Shown here in pieces: positions 41,731 to 52,265 of a stretch of 64,000 nucleotides of DNA. The position numbers were made by a program, and so were the translations under genes. Source of the DNA: Alphaproteobacteria bacterium (GTDB taxonomy: Bacteria; Pseudomonadota; Alphaproteobacteria; GCA-2731375); contig CBDDBZ010000039.1 in the NCBI GenBank assembly GCA_965225945.1, positions 320,001 through 384,000 of the forward strand. The letters run 5' to 3'. Below the pieces are notes generated by a model that was not told the DNA's origin, made no database searches, and saw only the letters and a list, made by a program, of their open reading frames with translations. Positions within the stretch are counted from its first letter, which is position 1, and every line of letters begins with the position of its first letter.

Positions 41731-41845
41731 TCGTCATTGCGAGCGAGCATAGCGAGCGCTGCAATCCAGTGGGCGTCGATGCCTTGTGACTCCGTCGACA
41801 CATCGGGCGCCGCCCTGGATCGCCACGCTTCGCTCGCGGTGACGA
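41731..41845. repeat. REP/RPE-like palindromic element between convergent genes
   Basis: TCGTCATTGCGAGCGA...GCAATCCAG and CTGGATCGC...TCGCTCGCGGTGACGA form nested inverted repeats. Confidence 0.75.
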
Positions 41846-41859
41846 ATTCACGCCGCACC

Positions 41860-42567
41860 TCACCACTTCTCGCCGAAGGGGCGGAGTTCGACCAGGAAGG
41901 AGCGCGCGGTGCGGGGTTGATGGGCGACGTGGTAGATCTCCGCCGCCAGATCGTCCGGCTGGGCGAAGAAGTCCTTCGGATAGTCCTTCCAGCGCCGCCT
42001 GGCGAAAGGCATGTCGATCACCGCGTCGATTACCACATAGGCGACGTGCACGCCGTCCGGCCCCAATTCGCGCGCCAGCGCCTCGGCCAGGATCCGCTGA
42101 CCGGCCTTGCTCGGCGACCAGCCGACGAAGCTCGGCTTGCCGCGGAGCGAGCCGGTATTGCCGGTGACGACGATCGAGCCGCCGCCATTGGCCACCATCG
42201 CCGGCGCCAGCTCTTGCGCAGCCACCAGCAGGCCGGTGGCATTGACGCGGTAGTTGCGCTCGAAATCGTCGGTGTCGATCTCACGATAGGTGCCGAAGCT
42301 GGCGAGGGTGGCGTTGTAGATCATCACCCGGGGCGTGCCGGCCTCGGCGACGATACGGCGAATCGTCGCGCGAAACGCGTCGAGGTCGCGGATATCGACG
42401 GCGTATGGCGTGGTGTGGGGAATCTCGAATTGAAACCGCGCCAGCCGCTCGGGGCTCCGGGCGATCATCGAGATGTCGTAGCCGTTCTCGGTGAAGTGCC
42501 GGGCGCAGGCGGCGCCGGTGCCCGGGCCGATGCCGATCAACAGGCAATGGGGTCGTGTCTCGCTCAT
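41860..42567 (-). CDS. SDR-family oxidoreductase
   Basis: GIGPGTG, IYNA, SKAGQRILAEALAREL, ELRPFGEKW. Confidence 0.85.
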   Translation of the reverse strand: MSETRPHCLLIGIGPGTGAACARHFTENGYDISMIARSPERLARFQFEIPHTTPYAVDIRDLDAFRATIRRIVAEAGTPRVMIYNATLASFGTYREIDTDDFERNYRVNATGLLVAAQELAPAMVANGGGSIVVTGNTGSLRGKPSFVGWSPSKAGQRILAEALARELGPDGVHVAYVVIDAVIDMPFARRRWKDYPKDFFAQPDDLAAEIYHVAHQPRTARSFLVELRPFGEKW

Positions 42568-42689
42568 CGGCGCCGTTCCTCCTAACCCGACTTCACCCCG
42601 TGCGGCGCTCTCCCATAGGACATTTCGCCCGCGACGGCGAGATCGGCGCGGACTCGCCGCCGAAATTCCACCGTAATTCGTCTCCAGGG

Positions 42690-42715
42690 TGAAACCTTTC
42701 CGCGCCCGCCGGGTA
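42690..42715 (+). promoter_or_regulatory. Candidate ECF-sigma autoregulatory promoter
   Basis: TGAAAC-N16-GGTA, one mismatch from SigW-type TGAAAC-N16-CGTA, upstream of the sigma gene. Confidence 0.45.
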
Positions 42716-42760
42716 CTGTTATCCATGCGGGCGACGAAAAGGGTTCGGAGATCGGAGCCG

Positions 42761-43402
42761 ATGACGGCGGGATCGAACGAACGGGCGAGCGTAAAGCCGA
42801 GGCCAGCGGAGCCGGTGGTCGATCTGGAGGAACGGAACTGGCTGGCGCGCCACCGCCGGGGCGAGGCCGAGGCGTTTCCCGCCCTGCTCGCCGCCTATCG
42901 CCGCCCGGTTTACGCCTATCTCGTCCGCGCCGGTGTCGGCGAGGCGGATCGCGACGACCTCTTCCAAGAGATCTTCCTCCGCATCCACCGCGCCGCCGGC
43001 GAGTATCAGCCGAGCCGGCCACTCGCCCCCTGGCTCTTCACCATCGCCGCCAACACCGTCCGCAATCACTTCCGTGATTCCACCGGCGCCGAGGAGGTGT
43101 CGATCGAGGGGCAAGACAGTGCGCTGGCCGATCCAGGCCCGGATCCGGAGCGGGCGGCGGCGGCGCGCCTGACGCTCGACTGGCTGGAAGCCGCGATCCA
43201 GGCCCTGCCGGCGATCCGGCGCCACGTCCTGCTGCTGATTTGCGTCGTCGGTCTGAGCCAGGCCGAGGTCGCGGCGGCATTGGAGCTGCCGGTCAACAGC
43301 GTGAAGACGCATCTCCGTCGCGCCCGCCTGCGGCTCGCCCGCGAGTTGGCTGAGCGCGAGAGGGAGAGCGAGCCCATGGGAGAGGGCGATGAGCATCTGT
43401 GA
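42761..43402 (+). CDS. ECF sigma-70 factor
   Basis: DDLFQEIFLR, WLFTIAANTVRNH, EVAAALELPVNSVKTHLRRAR. Confidence 0.9.
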   Translation: MTAGSNERASVKPRPAEPVVDLEERNWLARHRRGEAEAFPALLAAYRRPVYAYLVRAGVGEADRDDLFQEIFLRIHRAAGEYQPSRPLAPWLFTIAANTVRNHFRDSTGAEEVSIEGQDSALADPGPDPERAAAARLTLDWLEAAIQALPAIRRHVLLLICVVGLSQAEVAAALELPVNSVKTHLRRARLRLARELAERERESEPMGEGDEHL

Positions 43403-46202
43403 CGAGATCCAGGAGCTGATGGCCGAGGCCGGCGTCGAGGCGGCCCTGGCCGACGCCGACATGGCCCGCCATCTGGCGGATTGCGCCGAGTGCCAAGCGG
43501 TCCGGGCGGCGCTCGACGAGCTGGACGATTCGCTCGCCGCGCCGGCCGGCTTCGACGCGCCCGATCAGCTGGTGGAGGCGACCCTGGCGCGGGTCCGCGA
43601 CGAGGCCTCGGGTGGCGGCGGCGAATGGCGATCCGGGCCCGCCCGGCGCCGGCTCGCGGGCGCGCTCGCCGCCTCGATTGTCCTGGTCGCCTGCTTCACC
43701 CTGAGTCGGTCCGTGTTGGACCTCGTGGGGAATCAATGGAGCTACCAAATGAGCTCTCCGGCGGATTTCTTCAGCGCGGTCGAGGGCAAACTGGCCGCCA
43801 ACTACGCCGGTGGGCCCATGGCGGAGCCGGAAGGGGAGATCGCGTCATCGAACGCCGCCCCCGCGCCGGCCAAGCAACAAGCCCAGGGCGAAGCGAGGCT
43901 CTATTCGCGTGCGGCGCCGGTCGAGGCGGGGACCGATTCGGACGACGTGACGCACCGGCGCGAGGCCGGGCGGCAAACGCGCAATCTCGCGAAGTCCGTC
44001 GAGGAGGCGGCGCCGACCACGCGCGGCAACCGGCCAGCCGGCTCGCTCCGGTGGGACGACGCGCCGGCCCGCGACCGCGAGGCGGAGCTATTGGCCCGAC
44101 TGCGCCGGCCACCCGCGTCGGCACCACCCGAAAGCAATCTCGCCGATCACGCGGACGCCCGGCTCGGGAAAGCCAAGAACAAGGCGTCGGAGAACGACCG
44201 TCGGCGCGTGGAGTTGAAGCGCGGCCTGTCGCGAGGCCAGTTCTCCGCCTCGGAGCGAAATTTCGCCGCCGCCGGTGGCACTCTCGGGCGGCATGGGAAT
44301 ATTGCCAACTCGCTCGACAAACTGGCCGAGGACGGTCGGGGCGATCGCGTGGCGAGCAAGTCGGAAGGCGTCGAGACGGAGGTGCCGGCGGACGATAACG
44401 AGCTTCGCGGCCCGGCCTTCCGCGACGAAGAAGCCCAATCGAGCGACCGCGACCGGCGCGACCGCTTTGCTTACAAGGCGGACGGCAAGACGCGATCTTC
44501 GGAGGCCTCCTCCGTCGCGACACCCAAGCCGGCGGCGAAGATCGTCGGCGGCAAGCGGTCCCGGCCGTCGGCGCTCCCCGCGCCCGTCGGCGCCGATCCG
44601 GCGCGGGATGCCGCCAGGTCCTTCCTCGCCGATATTTCCCGCCTCGACGATCTCGCCTTCCAGCCGGCGAGCGGCTATTGGCGCAACACCTACGTGCCGG
44701 GCGATCCGGACATGCGGCTCTTGGGCGCCAGGTTGGCGACGTGGGATCGCCGCGCGCTCGGCGCCCGGGCGGGGCTGGAACGCGGCGTCAGGCCGATTCT
44801 CCAGCTCCTCGATCCGCCCCGCGGCGCGGCCTTGGCGCTCGAATTGCACGCCGACACCGGCGCGGTCACGGGGCCGACGCGACTTCGCCTCCAGGTCGGC
44901 CTGCAAGGGGCGGCGCGCCAGGGCGGCCATCGCCCGGCGATGAGCGTGGCCCTGGTGCTCGATCTCCGCCAACACCTCGATGCCGGCTCGGCCCGGCAAT
45001 TCCGGGCGCTGGCGAGCGCGCTGGAGCGGGCACGCCAGCCCGGCGACCGGTTCAGCCTCGTCGTCGCCGGGCCAGCGGGTGGGGTCGCGGTGCGGCCTGA
45101 GTCCTTCCGCCATGGTCCGCTCAAGGTGGCGCTGGCGGGTCTGCTGGGCGAGCCGCGAAGCGAGGAAGCGGGCGCCATCAGCTTGATCGAGGCGGTGAAG
45201 CTGGCCGGCGAGGCCTTGCGCGCCGAGGCCACGGGCGCGGCGGTGCTGGGCGCCAATGTCGTCCTGCTGGCGACGGCGCGCCCACTCGGCGTCGAATGGG
45301 AGCCCCTGGAGACCCTCGCCCACGCCAATGCCCTGGGTGGCATCCTCACCAGCGTGGTCGCCGTCGGCGACGCGGTCGCGCTAGCCCGGCTCGACCGCCT
45401 GGTCGCGGCGGGGCAAGGCAACCGGCGGCTGCTGCGCCGCGCGGAGGAGGCGGAAGCCCTGATCGCTCGCGAGCTCCATGCCGCGAGCCGGGTGGTGGCC
45501 CGCGCGGTGCGCCTCCGGATCCGCCTGGCGCCCGGGGTCGAGCTGATCGACGTGCTGGGCTCGCGCCGGCTGGACGAGGTCCGTGCCACCCGGGTCCGCG
45601 AGGCGGAGAGCTCGATCGACCGGCGACTCGCCCGCGACCTCGGTATCGCTGCCGACCGGGGCGAGGACGAGGAGGGGATCCAGATCGTGATCCCCAACTT
45701 CCAGGCCGGCGATGCCCACGTGATCCTGCTCGACGTCGTGGTCCCGGGCCCCGGCCAGGTCGCCGACGTCACCGCGCGCTACAAGGACGTGGTCCAGCTC
45801 CGGAACGGTGTCGCCCACGCCCATCTGAGCTTGCCGAAGGGCGAGCGGGCGATGGGTGTGGCCGAGCGCAACGTGCTCAAGAACCTGCTGGCCTTCGAGA
45901 TGGCGCGCCGCGCGCGCGGGCTGAGCGGCCTTTTGGCGGCGGAACGCGACGGCGAGGCGGCGGCGCTGGCGGGGGAATTCGCCGGCCTTCTCGCCGGCCT
46001 CCGCCGCGAGGTGCCGGGCTGGGCCGACGATCCCGAGCTCGCCGCCGACGGCGCGTTTCTCGCCGAGTATCGGGCGCTCATCGCCTCGCGCGCGCTGGCC
46101 GATCCGACGACCCGGCGCATGATCGCCGATTCCCTACGCTACGCGGCCTTCGCCAAGCTGCATGCCAAATTCGCCCAGCGCGACGCCCGAGGAGACTCCC
46201 CG
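43389..46202 (+). CDS. ZAS anti-sigma + TM + vWA-like domain protein (no stop; reads into next gene)
   Basis: HLADCAEC (HxxxCxxC), hydrophobic LAGALAASIVLVACF, SVALVLD, GDRFSLV, GQGN. Confidence 0.7.
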
Positions 46203-49200
46203 ATGAAACGCCTGCTCACCCTGCTGTCGTTGTTGCTGGCCCCCTTCGCCGCCGTCGCCGAGACGGCCGTGGCGGGAGCCGACGGCCAGGTCACCCTGCC
46301 GCTCACCGCCTACACCGGCATGCTCGAGAGCCTCGCCGCCAAGCCGGGGCGGGCGCCCGCGAGCTACGCCATCGGCCAGTCCGAGGTCGTGGTGCGGGTC
46401 CTGAAGCGCGACGGCGGCTACACCGCCAGCGTCGCGGTGACGCTCCGGATCGAGACCTTCGAGGACCAATGGACCCTGGTGCCGATCCTGCCCGCCGGCA
46501 CGGTGCTGCGGCGCGCGAGCGCGAACGGCCGGCCGGCGCAGCTCGTGCGCGGGCCCGACGGTCTGGCCTGGAGCACGGAGACGGCCGGCGTCACCACCTT
46601 CGCGCTCGACTACGGCGTCGACGCCCGGCGCTTCGATGCCGGCTTCGTCCTGCCGCTGCCGGTGCCCAGGGCCGCCTCGACGACGCTGACCTTGGAGTTT
46701 CCGGCGCGCGGCGTCGATCTCGCGGTGGTGCCCGCCCTCGACCTGCAAAGCGTGGCGGCCGAGCAGGGGACTCGCTACAGTGCCGCCATCCCCGCCACCT
46801 CCTCGATCCTGGTCTCCTGGCGCGGACCGGGCGAGCGGGCGCCCACCGTCGGCCGGGCGCATTACCAGGGCACGCTCGAGGGCGACGCGGTGGCGTGGAC
46901 GGCGAGCTTCGAGGTCGAGCTGTTCTCGGCGGAAGCCGTGACGCTACCGTTGATGCCAACGGGCGTCACCCTGAAGAGCATGACGGTCGACGGCGCGCCG
47001 GCGACGGTGCTGGAGCAGGCGGGCCGCTTCGCGACCCTGGTTCGGGGCCGGGGCATGCACGAGGTGGTGGTCGCCTTCGAGGTTCCTGTGGTGGACGACG
47101 ACGGCCCGCCCCGGGTCCACCTGCCGATCCCGCGGGTCCCGGTCTCGCGCTTCGAATTGAGGCTCCCCGGCAAGAAGACCGTCAAGGTCGGCCCTGGCGC
47201 CAACGTCACGGTCCGCGAGGCGGGCGAGGCGACCCTCGCCAGCGCACACATCGCGATGAGCGATGGGGTGGTCTTCACCTGGACCGACGCCATCCCAGAG
47301 GACCTGCGTCCCCCCTTCCGCGCCAACGCCAGCCTCTATCACGCCGTCCATGCCGAGGAGGGGGTGCTGCACGGCCGCGCCGCCGTGGTCTACGAAATCA
47401 CCCATGGCGAGAGCGGCCAATTCGTCCTCTCGGTGCCCGCCGAGGCCCAGATCAACCGGATCACGGCACCTGGAGGCGGGCTATCGGAGTGGGCCGTGGG
47501 CGAGATCGACGAGAGCGGGGACAAGACCATCAACGTCTTCCTCGAGGCTCCGGTGAAGGGCGAATTCGTGCTCGACATCGCCTACGAGCGCCTGCTCGGC
47601 GCCGCCGGCGGCACCGAGGAGGGCTTCGGCGTGCCCCTGCTCAGCGCCCAGGGCGTGCATTGCCAGCGTGGCATGGTGGCCCTGCTGTCGGGCCGCGAGC
47701 TGGCCCTGAAGCCGCTCGAGGAAGCCGGCGTGGCCCGTGTCGGCGAGAACCAGTTGCCTGCCTTCTTCCGCAACCAGATCTCGATGACCGTCGCCCATAC
47801 TTATAAATACATCGAGCGCCGCCCGACGTCTCGATGACCGTCGCCCATACTTATAAATACATCGAGCGCCGCCCGACGCTCACCGTCGCCACCGTCACGC
47901 CGGAGCGCCGGCAGGGCAAGTTCGATGCCCAGGTCGATACCCTCATCAGCCTCGGCGACGTGGCGATGAAGGGCTCCGCCACGATCGAGATCGACGTCAA
48001 GTCGGGCGCCATCATGGCACTCGATCTCGGGCTCCCCGGCGACGTCAACATCCTCGGCGTCTCGGGCCCCTCGCTCCGCTCGCAGCGGATCGAGGAGGTC
48101 GAGTCGGCGCAGGTGATCCGGCTGGCCTTCACGCGCGAGATGGAGGGGCGGTTCCGCATCGAGGTCAACTACGAGCGGATCATGGACGCCTCGGGCGCCG
48201 GGCCGCTGGTGCCGACCGTCTCGGTCGCCGCGGCGGAAGTCGAGCACGGCCGGATCGCGGTGGAGGCGCTGGCGGCGGTGGAGGTCCGGGCCGGGCGCGC
48301 CCTCGGGCTCTCCAGCCTCGACATCAACGAGCTGCCGCGCCACCTGGTGCTCAAGACCACCAACCCGATCCTGTTGGCCTATCGCTACATCCAGACCAAG
48401 TCGCCGTTCGAGTTGGTGCTGGCGATCACCCGGCACAAGGAGATCGAGGTCCAGGTGGCGGCGATCGAGTCGGCCCGCTACGCCACCCTCTTCACCCGCG
48501 ACGGCTTGGCGGTGACGACGGCGCGATTGAGGGTGCGCAACAGCCGCCGGCAGTTCCTCCGCCTCTCGCTGCCACCGGGCTCCAAGGTCTGGTCGGTCTT
48601 CGTCGACGGCAAACCGGAGAAGCCGGCCTTCGCCGGCGATTCCGCCGACGAGGACGGGGCCGAGGTCCTGGTCAAGCTGATCACCTCCGCCCAGGGCTTC
48701 CCGGTGGATCTGGTCTACGCGACGCCGGTGGAGCGGATCGGCCTTCTCGGCTCCCTCTCCAGCCGGCTGCCGCGCCCGGACATGGTGGTGACCCACAGCC
48801 GTTGGGACGTCTATCTACCCAAGGGGCCGCGTTATCAGAGCCCCGACAGCAGTCTCGACGTGCTGCGCGAGGGCGTGCCGGCCAACCCGCGTCGGGCCGC
48901 GGCCTTCGCGCCCGCGAAGGGTGCGGCGCGGGCGCGGATGGGCCAGCCGCTCAGGATCAGCGTGCCGACCCGAGGCCTGCTGTTCGCCTTCGAGAAGCTC
49001 TACGCCGATCAGTCGCCGGAAGCGGCGGCGTTCACCATCCGCTACGCCTCGGAGGATGCGGACTGGGTCGCGATTCTGCTCTCGATGATCGGCGCGGCTC
49101 TGGTCTGGTTGGCAATCGTCTCGATCGGCGGCGGTCGGCCGCGGCTCTCGCGCGAGCAGATCGTGGGGGTGATCGCCGCCGGCGTCGGCCTGCTGGTATT

Positions 49201-49351
49201 GGCGATCGGCTATCTCGGCACGACGCCGATTCCGGCCTCGGCGGTGGCGCTCGCGGTCGCCCTGTGGCTCGGCGTCGTCTGGTCGGCGGCACGAGCCAAG
49301 GCCTGGCGGGCCCGCCGGCTGGCCGCCCGCGACCTGGTGGAAACGGTTTAA
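46203..49351 (+). pseudogene. Large exported, C-terminally membrane-anchored protein split by a 50-bp duplication
   Basis: GGAG RBS plus signal peptide MKRLLTLLSLLLAPFAAVA; duplication 47779-47878; three C-terminal hydrophobic helices. Confidence 0.7.
47779..47878. repeat. Exact 50-bp tandem duplication
   Basis: TCTCGATGACCGTCGCCCATACTTATAAATACATCGAGCGCCGCCCGACG x2. Confidence 0.95.
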
Positions 49352-49377
49352 TAGACTCGAGACGGGGGGACCATCGG

Positions 49378-50088
49378 GTGCGTGGATTGGTCATCGTCCT
49401 CGGCCTTCTCGCGGCCTGGCCGGCGGCGGCGCAGGATTTTCAGAACGGCGTGCTCGCCTAAGAGCGGGAGGATTACGAGACCGCCTACCGGGAATGGCTG
49501 CCGCTGGCGAGGCAGGGCCACAAGGTCGCGCAGAGCAACATCGGCTATTTCTACCGCCGGGGTTTCCACGTGAAGCGCGACTATGACGAGGCCCTGCGCT
49601 GGTTCCACCTCTCCCCCGCCCAGGGCTGGTACCGGGCCGAGAACAACATCGGCTCGATGTACGACCTGGGCCTCGGCGTCGAGCAGGACCTGGAGACGGC
49701 AATTCTCTGGTATCGCAAGGCGGTGGCGCAGGACTACGACAAGGCGCTCTTCAACCTGGCCGAGATGTACCGCGAGGGCCGGGGCGTGAGGCGCGACTTC
49801 GAGCAAGCGGCCAAGTATCTCCGGAGCGCGGCCGAGCAGGGCCTGGCGGAGGCGCAGTTCAACCTCGCCGTGCTGCATGCCAACGGCCAGGGCGTCGAGC
49901 GTGACATGGTCGAGGCCTATGTCTGGTTCCGCCTCGCCGCCGAGCAGAAGTTCGGTGACGCCGACTGGAACCGCCACCGGGCGGGCGAGCGCCTGTCCGA
50001 GGCCGAGGTCGCCGAGGCCGAGGCGCGCGCCGAGGCGCTGGGCGGCCGAATCGAGGCGGAATACGGGCCGGCCGCTAGCCGGCGCTGA
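49378..50088 (+). pseudogene. Sel1-repeat exported protein with premature stop
   Basis: Signal peptide then QDFQNGVLA*EREDYETAYREWLPLA; TAA at 49459-49461; several Sel1 repeats (AQFNLAVLHANGQGV). Confidence 0.82.
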
Positions 50089-50743
50089 AGGGCGCGCCGT
50101 CGAAACGCTCGCGGGTGGCGATCTGGGCGACCGAATTGCGCCTGAGCCGGGTCAACTGGCGGCGCGGGCGGCCGAGCGGTACCACGGCGGCGAGGGCATA
50201 CTCGGCGGGAAAGCCCAGCAGCTCCCGCACCGCCGGTTCCTCGGCGGCGGCGAGCGTGGTGATGGTGCCGCCGAAGCCCGCCTGGCGGGCGGCCAGCAGC
50301 ACGTTCCAGACGAAGGGATAGATCGAGGCGCCGCTGATCACGCCGATGCGCTCCAGGTTCTGGTCCATCGAGGCGACGAGCTTCAGGTCGACCACGAAGA
50401 CCAGCACGACGGAGGCGGCCCGGAACGAATCCGTCAAGCGCTCGGGCGCCGGCGTGGCCGCGATCTCCGCCGCCGGCAATTTGGTAGCCACGATGGTGTT
50501 CCAGGGGCTCTCGCCCGCCATGATCTGGGCGGCATAGCGCTTGGCCGCCGGCTCCGCCAGCTTGGCCAGCGCCTCGCGCGTCGCGCCGTCGCGCACGACG
50601 ACGACCCGGTTGCCCTGGCGGTTGCCGCCGCTCGGCGCGAAGCGCGCGAGGTCCAGAATGTCGTAGAGGACCGAGTCGGGCAGTTCCTCCTCGGTGAATT
50701 CCCGGGCCGAGAAGGTCGTCCGCATCACCTCGTCGAGTTCCAT
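50075..50743 (-). CDS. Nitroreductase family protein
   Basis: SAREF, ARFAPSGGNRQ, NVLLAAR..GFG, VPLGRP. Confidence 0.88.
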   Translation of the reverse strand: MELDEVMRTTFSAREFTEEELPDSVLYDILDLARFAPSGGNRQGNRVVVVRDGATREALAKLAEPAAKRYAAQIMAGESPWNTIVATKLPAAEIAATPAPERLTDSFRAASVVLVFVVDLKLVASMDQNLERIGVISGASIYPFVWNVLLAARQAGFGGTITTLAAAEEPAVRELLGFPAEYALAAVVPLGRPRRQLTRLRRNSVAQIATRERFDGAPFSAG

Positions 50744-50816
50744 GTCCTTCCTCCCTGACCCGGCGCCCCCGGGCCTCGTGTCATAACATCTCCCGCGACG
50801 GCAACAACGCGGGATC

Positions 50817-52205
50817 TCAGAGCGGCGAGCCGCCGCGCGCCTTCACCAGGTCGAGGAACTGGCGCCGCGTCCGGGGGCCGAAGGTCAGGAAATGCGGGTC
50901 CGGGCGTTCTCGGTATTTGGCGCGGCGCTCTTCGATCGCATCGCGCCGGGCGCGGCGCAACACCTCGTCGACCTCGATCCCGTGCAGCCGCGCGGCGTTG
51001 AGGCCCAGGATCTTGGCCCTGAGCATGGGCGTCATCTCGGCGTAGCCGTATTGCTCGCGCAGCCGCTCGGAGATCTGGAAGGCGCGGAAGGCCTGGATCT
51101 GGTCCTGGGGCGAGCCGTACCAGATGCAATCGGAGCCGTAGAGCACATTGTCCTCGCCGATGTGGGCGACCAGCTTGCCGATGAGGTGCGCCGCCGAAGT
51201 TGGATCGCGCATCGAATAGCGCCAGGTGCTGCCGAGCTCGGCATAGACGTTGGCATTCCGCCCGATGCCGCTCGCCTCGAGCGAGCGGATCAACTCGTCG
51301 ACCCCTTCGCCGCGCGCCGGATCGTAGACGCCTTCCGCCTGGCCGGCGATGAAGCCGGAGTGATAAACCAAAAAGTCGACGTCGGGGAACAGGGCCGCGA
51401 CGGGGCCGATATCGCTCGCCAAGCTGTGCTCGTAGGAGCGGCGGCCGAACGGCAAGCCCTTGTGGACGCAGATCTTCTTGATGCCGAGCGCGCGCGCCTT
51501 CTCGATCAGGCGGAGCCCGGTATCGTCGTCGAGGAAGAAGCCGCGTCCCTCTGGGCCCCATTGCGTGTAGCACTTCCAGGCGACGACGCCCCAGCGTTCG
51601 GCCAGCTCGTCCATGCCCTCGATGTCGCCTGGCTGGTTGGGGTTGGCCCGGCCGTGCAGCAGCAGGCGGTGGGTGCCTTGCATATTTTCCACGATTCGAC
51701 GGGTCTCGTCGGCCTCCCGGATGCTCAGCAGCTCCTTCTCGCGGCGCGAGGGGATGAAGGAGAGCACCATCATGTCGGTGTCGGAATCGAGGAAGATATC
51801 CTTGATGAAGCGATTCGCCCCGCCGAGCCCGACGCGCCCGAGCCCGTGCGCGCCGACGAAGTGGCCCTGCACGTCGAAGACGAACTCCTTGCCGCCGAGA
51901 CGATCGATTGCCAGCTCCTCGTCGAGCGCGGCGTGGCGCTCCAGCTCGTAGTAGCCGCCGGTCCGCCCCGCGGCGGCTTGCGCGGCGTTGAAGGCCAGCA
52001 GCGTCGAGGCCGCGCCCGTGGCCGAGATCATGAAGCGGCGGCGATCCAGACCGAGCCGCCGTGCATTCTCGCTCGCCCAGGCTTGCGCCAGCCGGTTTGC
52101 GGCTCGGCCCGAGGCATCGAGCGGGACCGGCTGAAATTCACCGTTCGAGGTGGCATCGAGCTTGATCGGCAACCGCGCGCCGTCGGGATCGCTGTCGCTG
52201 ATCAT
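50817..52205 (-). CDS. Amidohydrolase family protein
   Basis: FDVQGH, WKCYT, CVHKG, YHSG, YGSDCIW. Confidence 0.82.
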   Translation of the reverse strand: MISDSDPDGARLPIKLDATSNGEFQPVPLDASGRAANRLAQAWASENARRLGLDRRRFMISATGAASTLLAFNAAQAAAGRTGGYYELERHAALDEELAIDRLGGKEFVFDVQGHFVGAHGLGRVGLGGANRFIKDIFLDSDTDMMVLSFIPSRREKELLSIREADETRRIVENMQGTHRLLLHGRANPNQPGDIEGMDELAERWGVVAWKCYTQWGPEGRGFFLDDDTGLRLIEKARALGIKKICVHKGLPFGRRSYEHSLASDIGPVAALFPDVDFLVYHSGFIAGQAEGVYDPARGEGVDELIRSLEASGIGRNANVYAELGSTWRYSMRDPTSAAHLIGKLVAHIGEDNVLYGSDCIWYGSPQDQIQAFRAFQISERLREQYGYAEMTPMLRAKILGLNAARLHGIEVDEVLRRARRDAIEERRAKYRERPDPHFLTFGPRTRRQFLDLVKARGGSPL

Positions 52206-52265
52206 CGCCGCCGCTCCGCCCAGAGCGCCCGAGAGCACTCTACACGGTTTTACCCCACCCGGACT

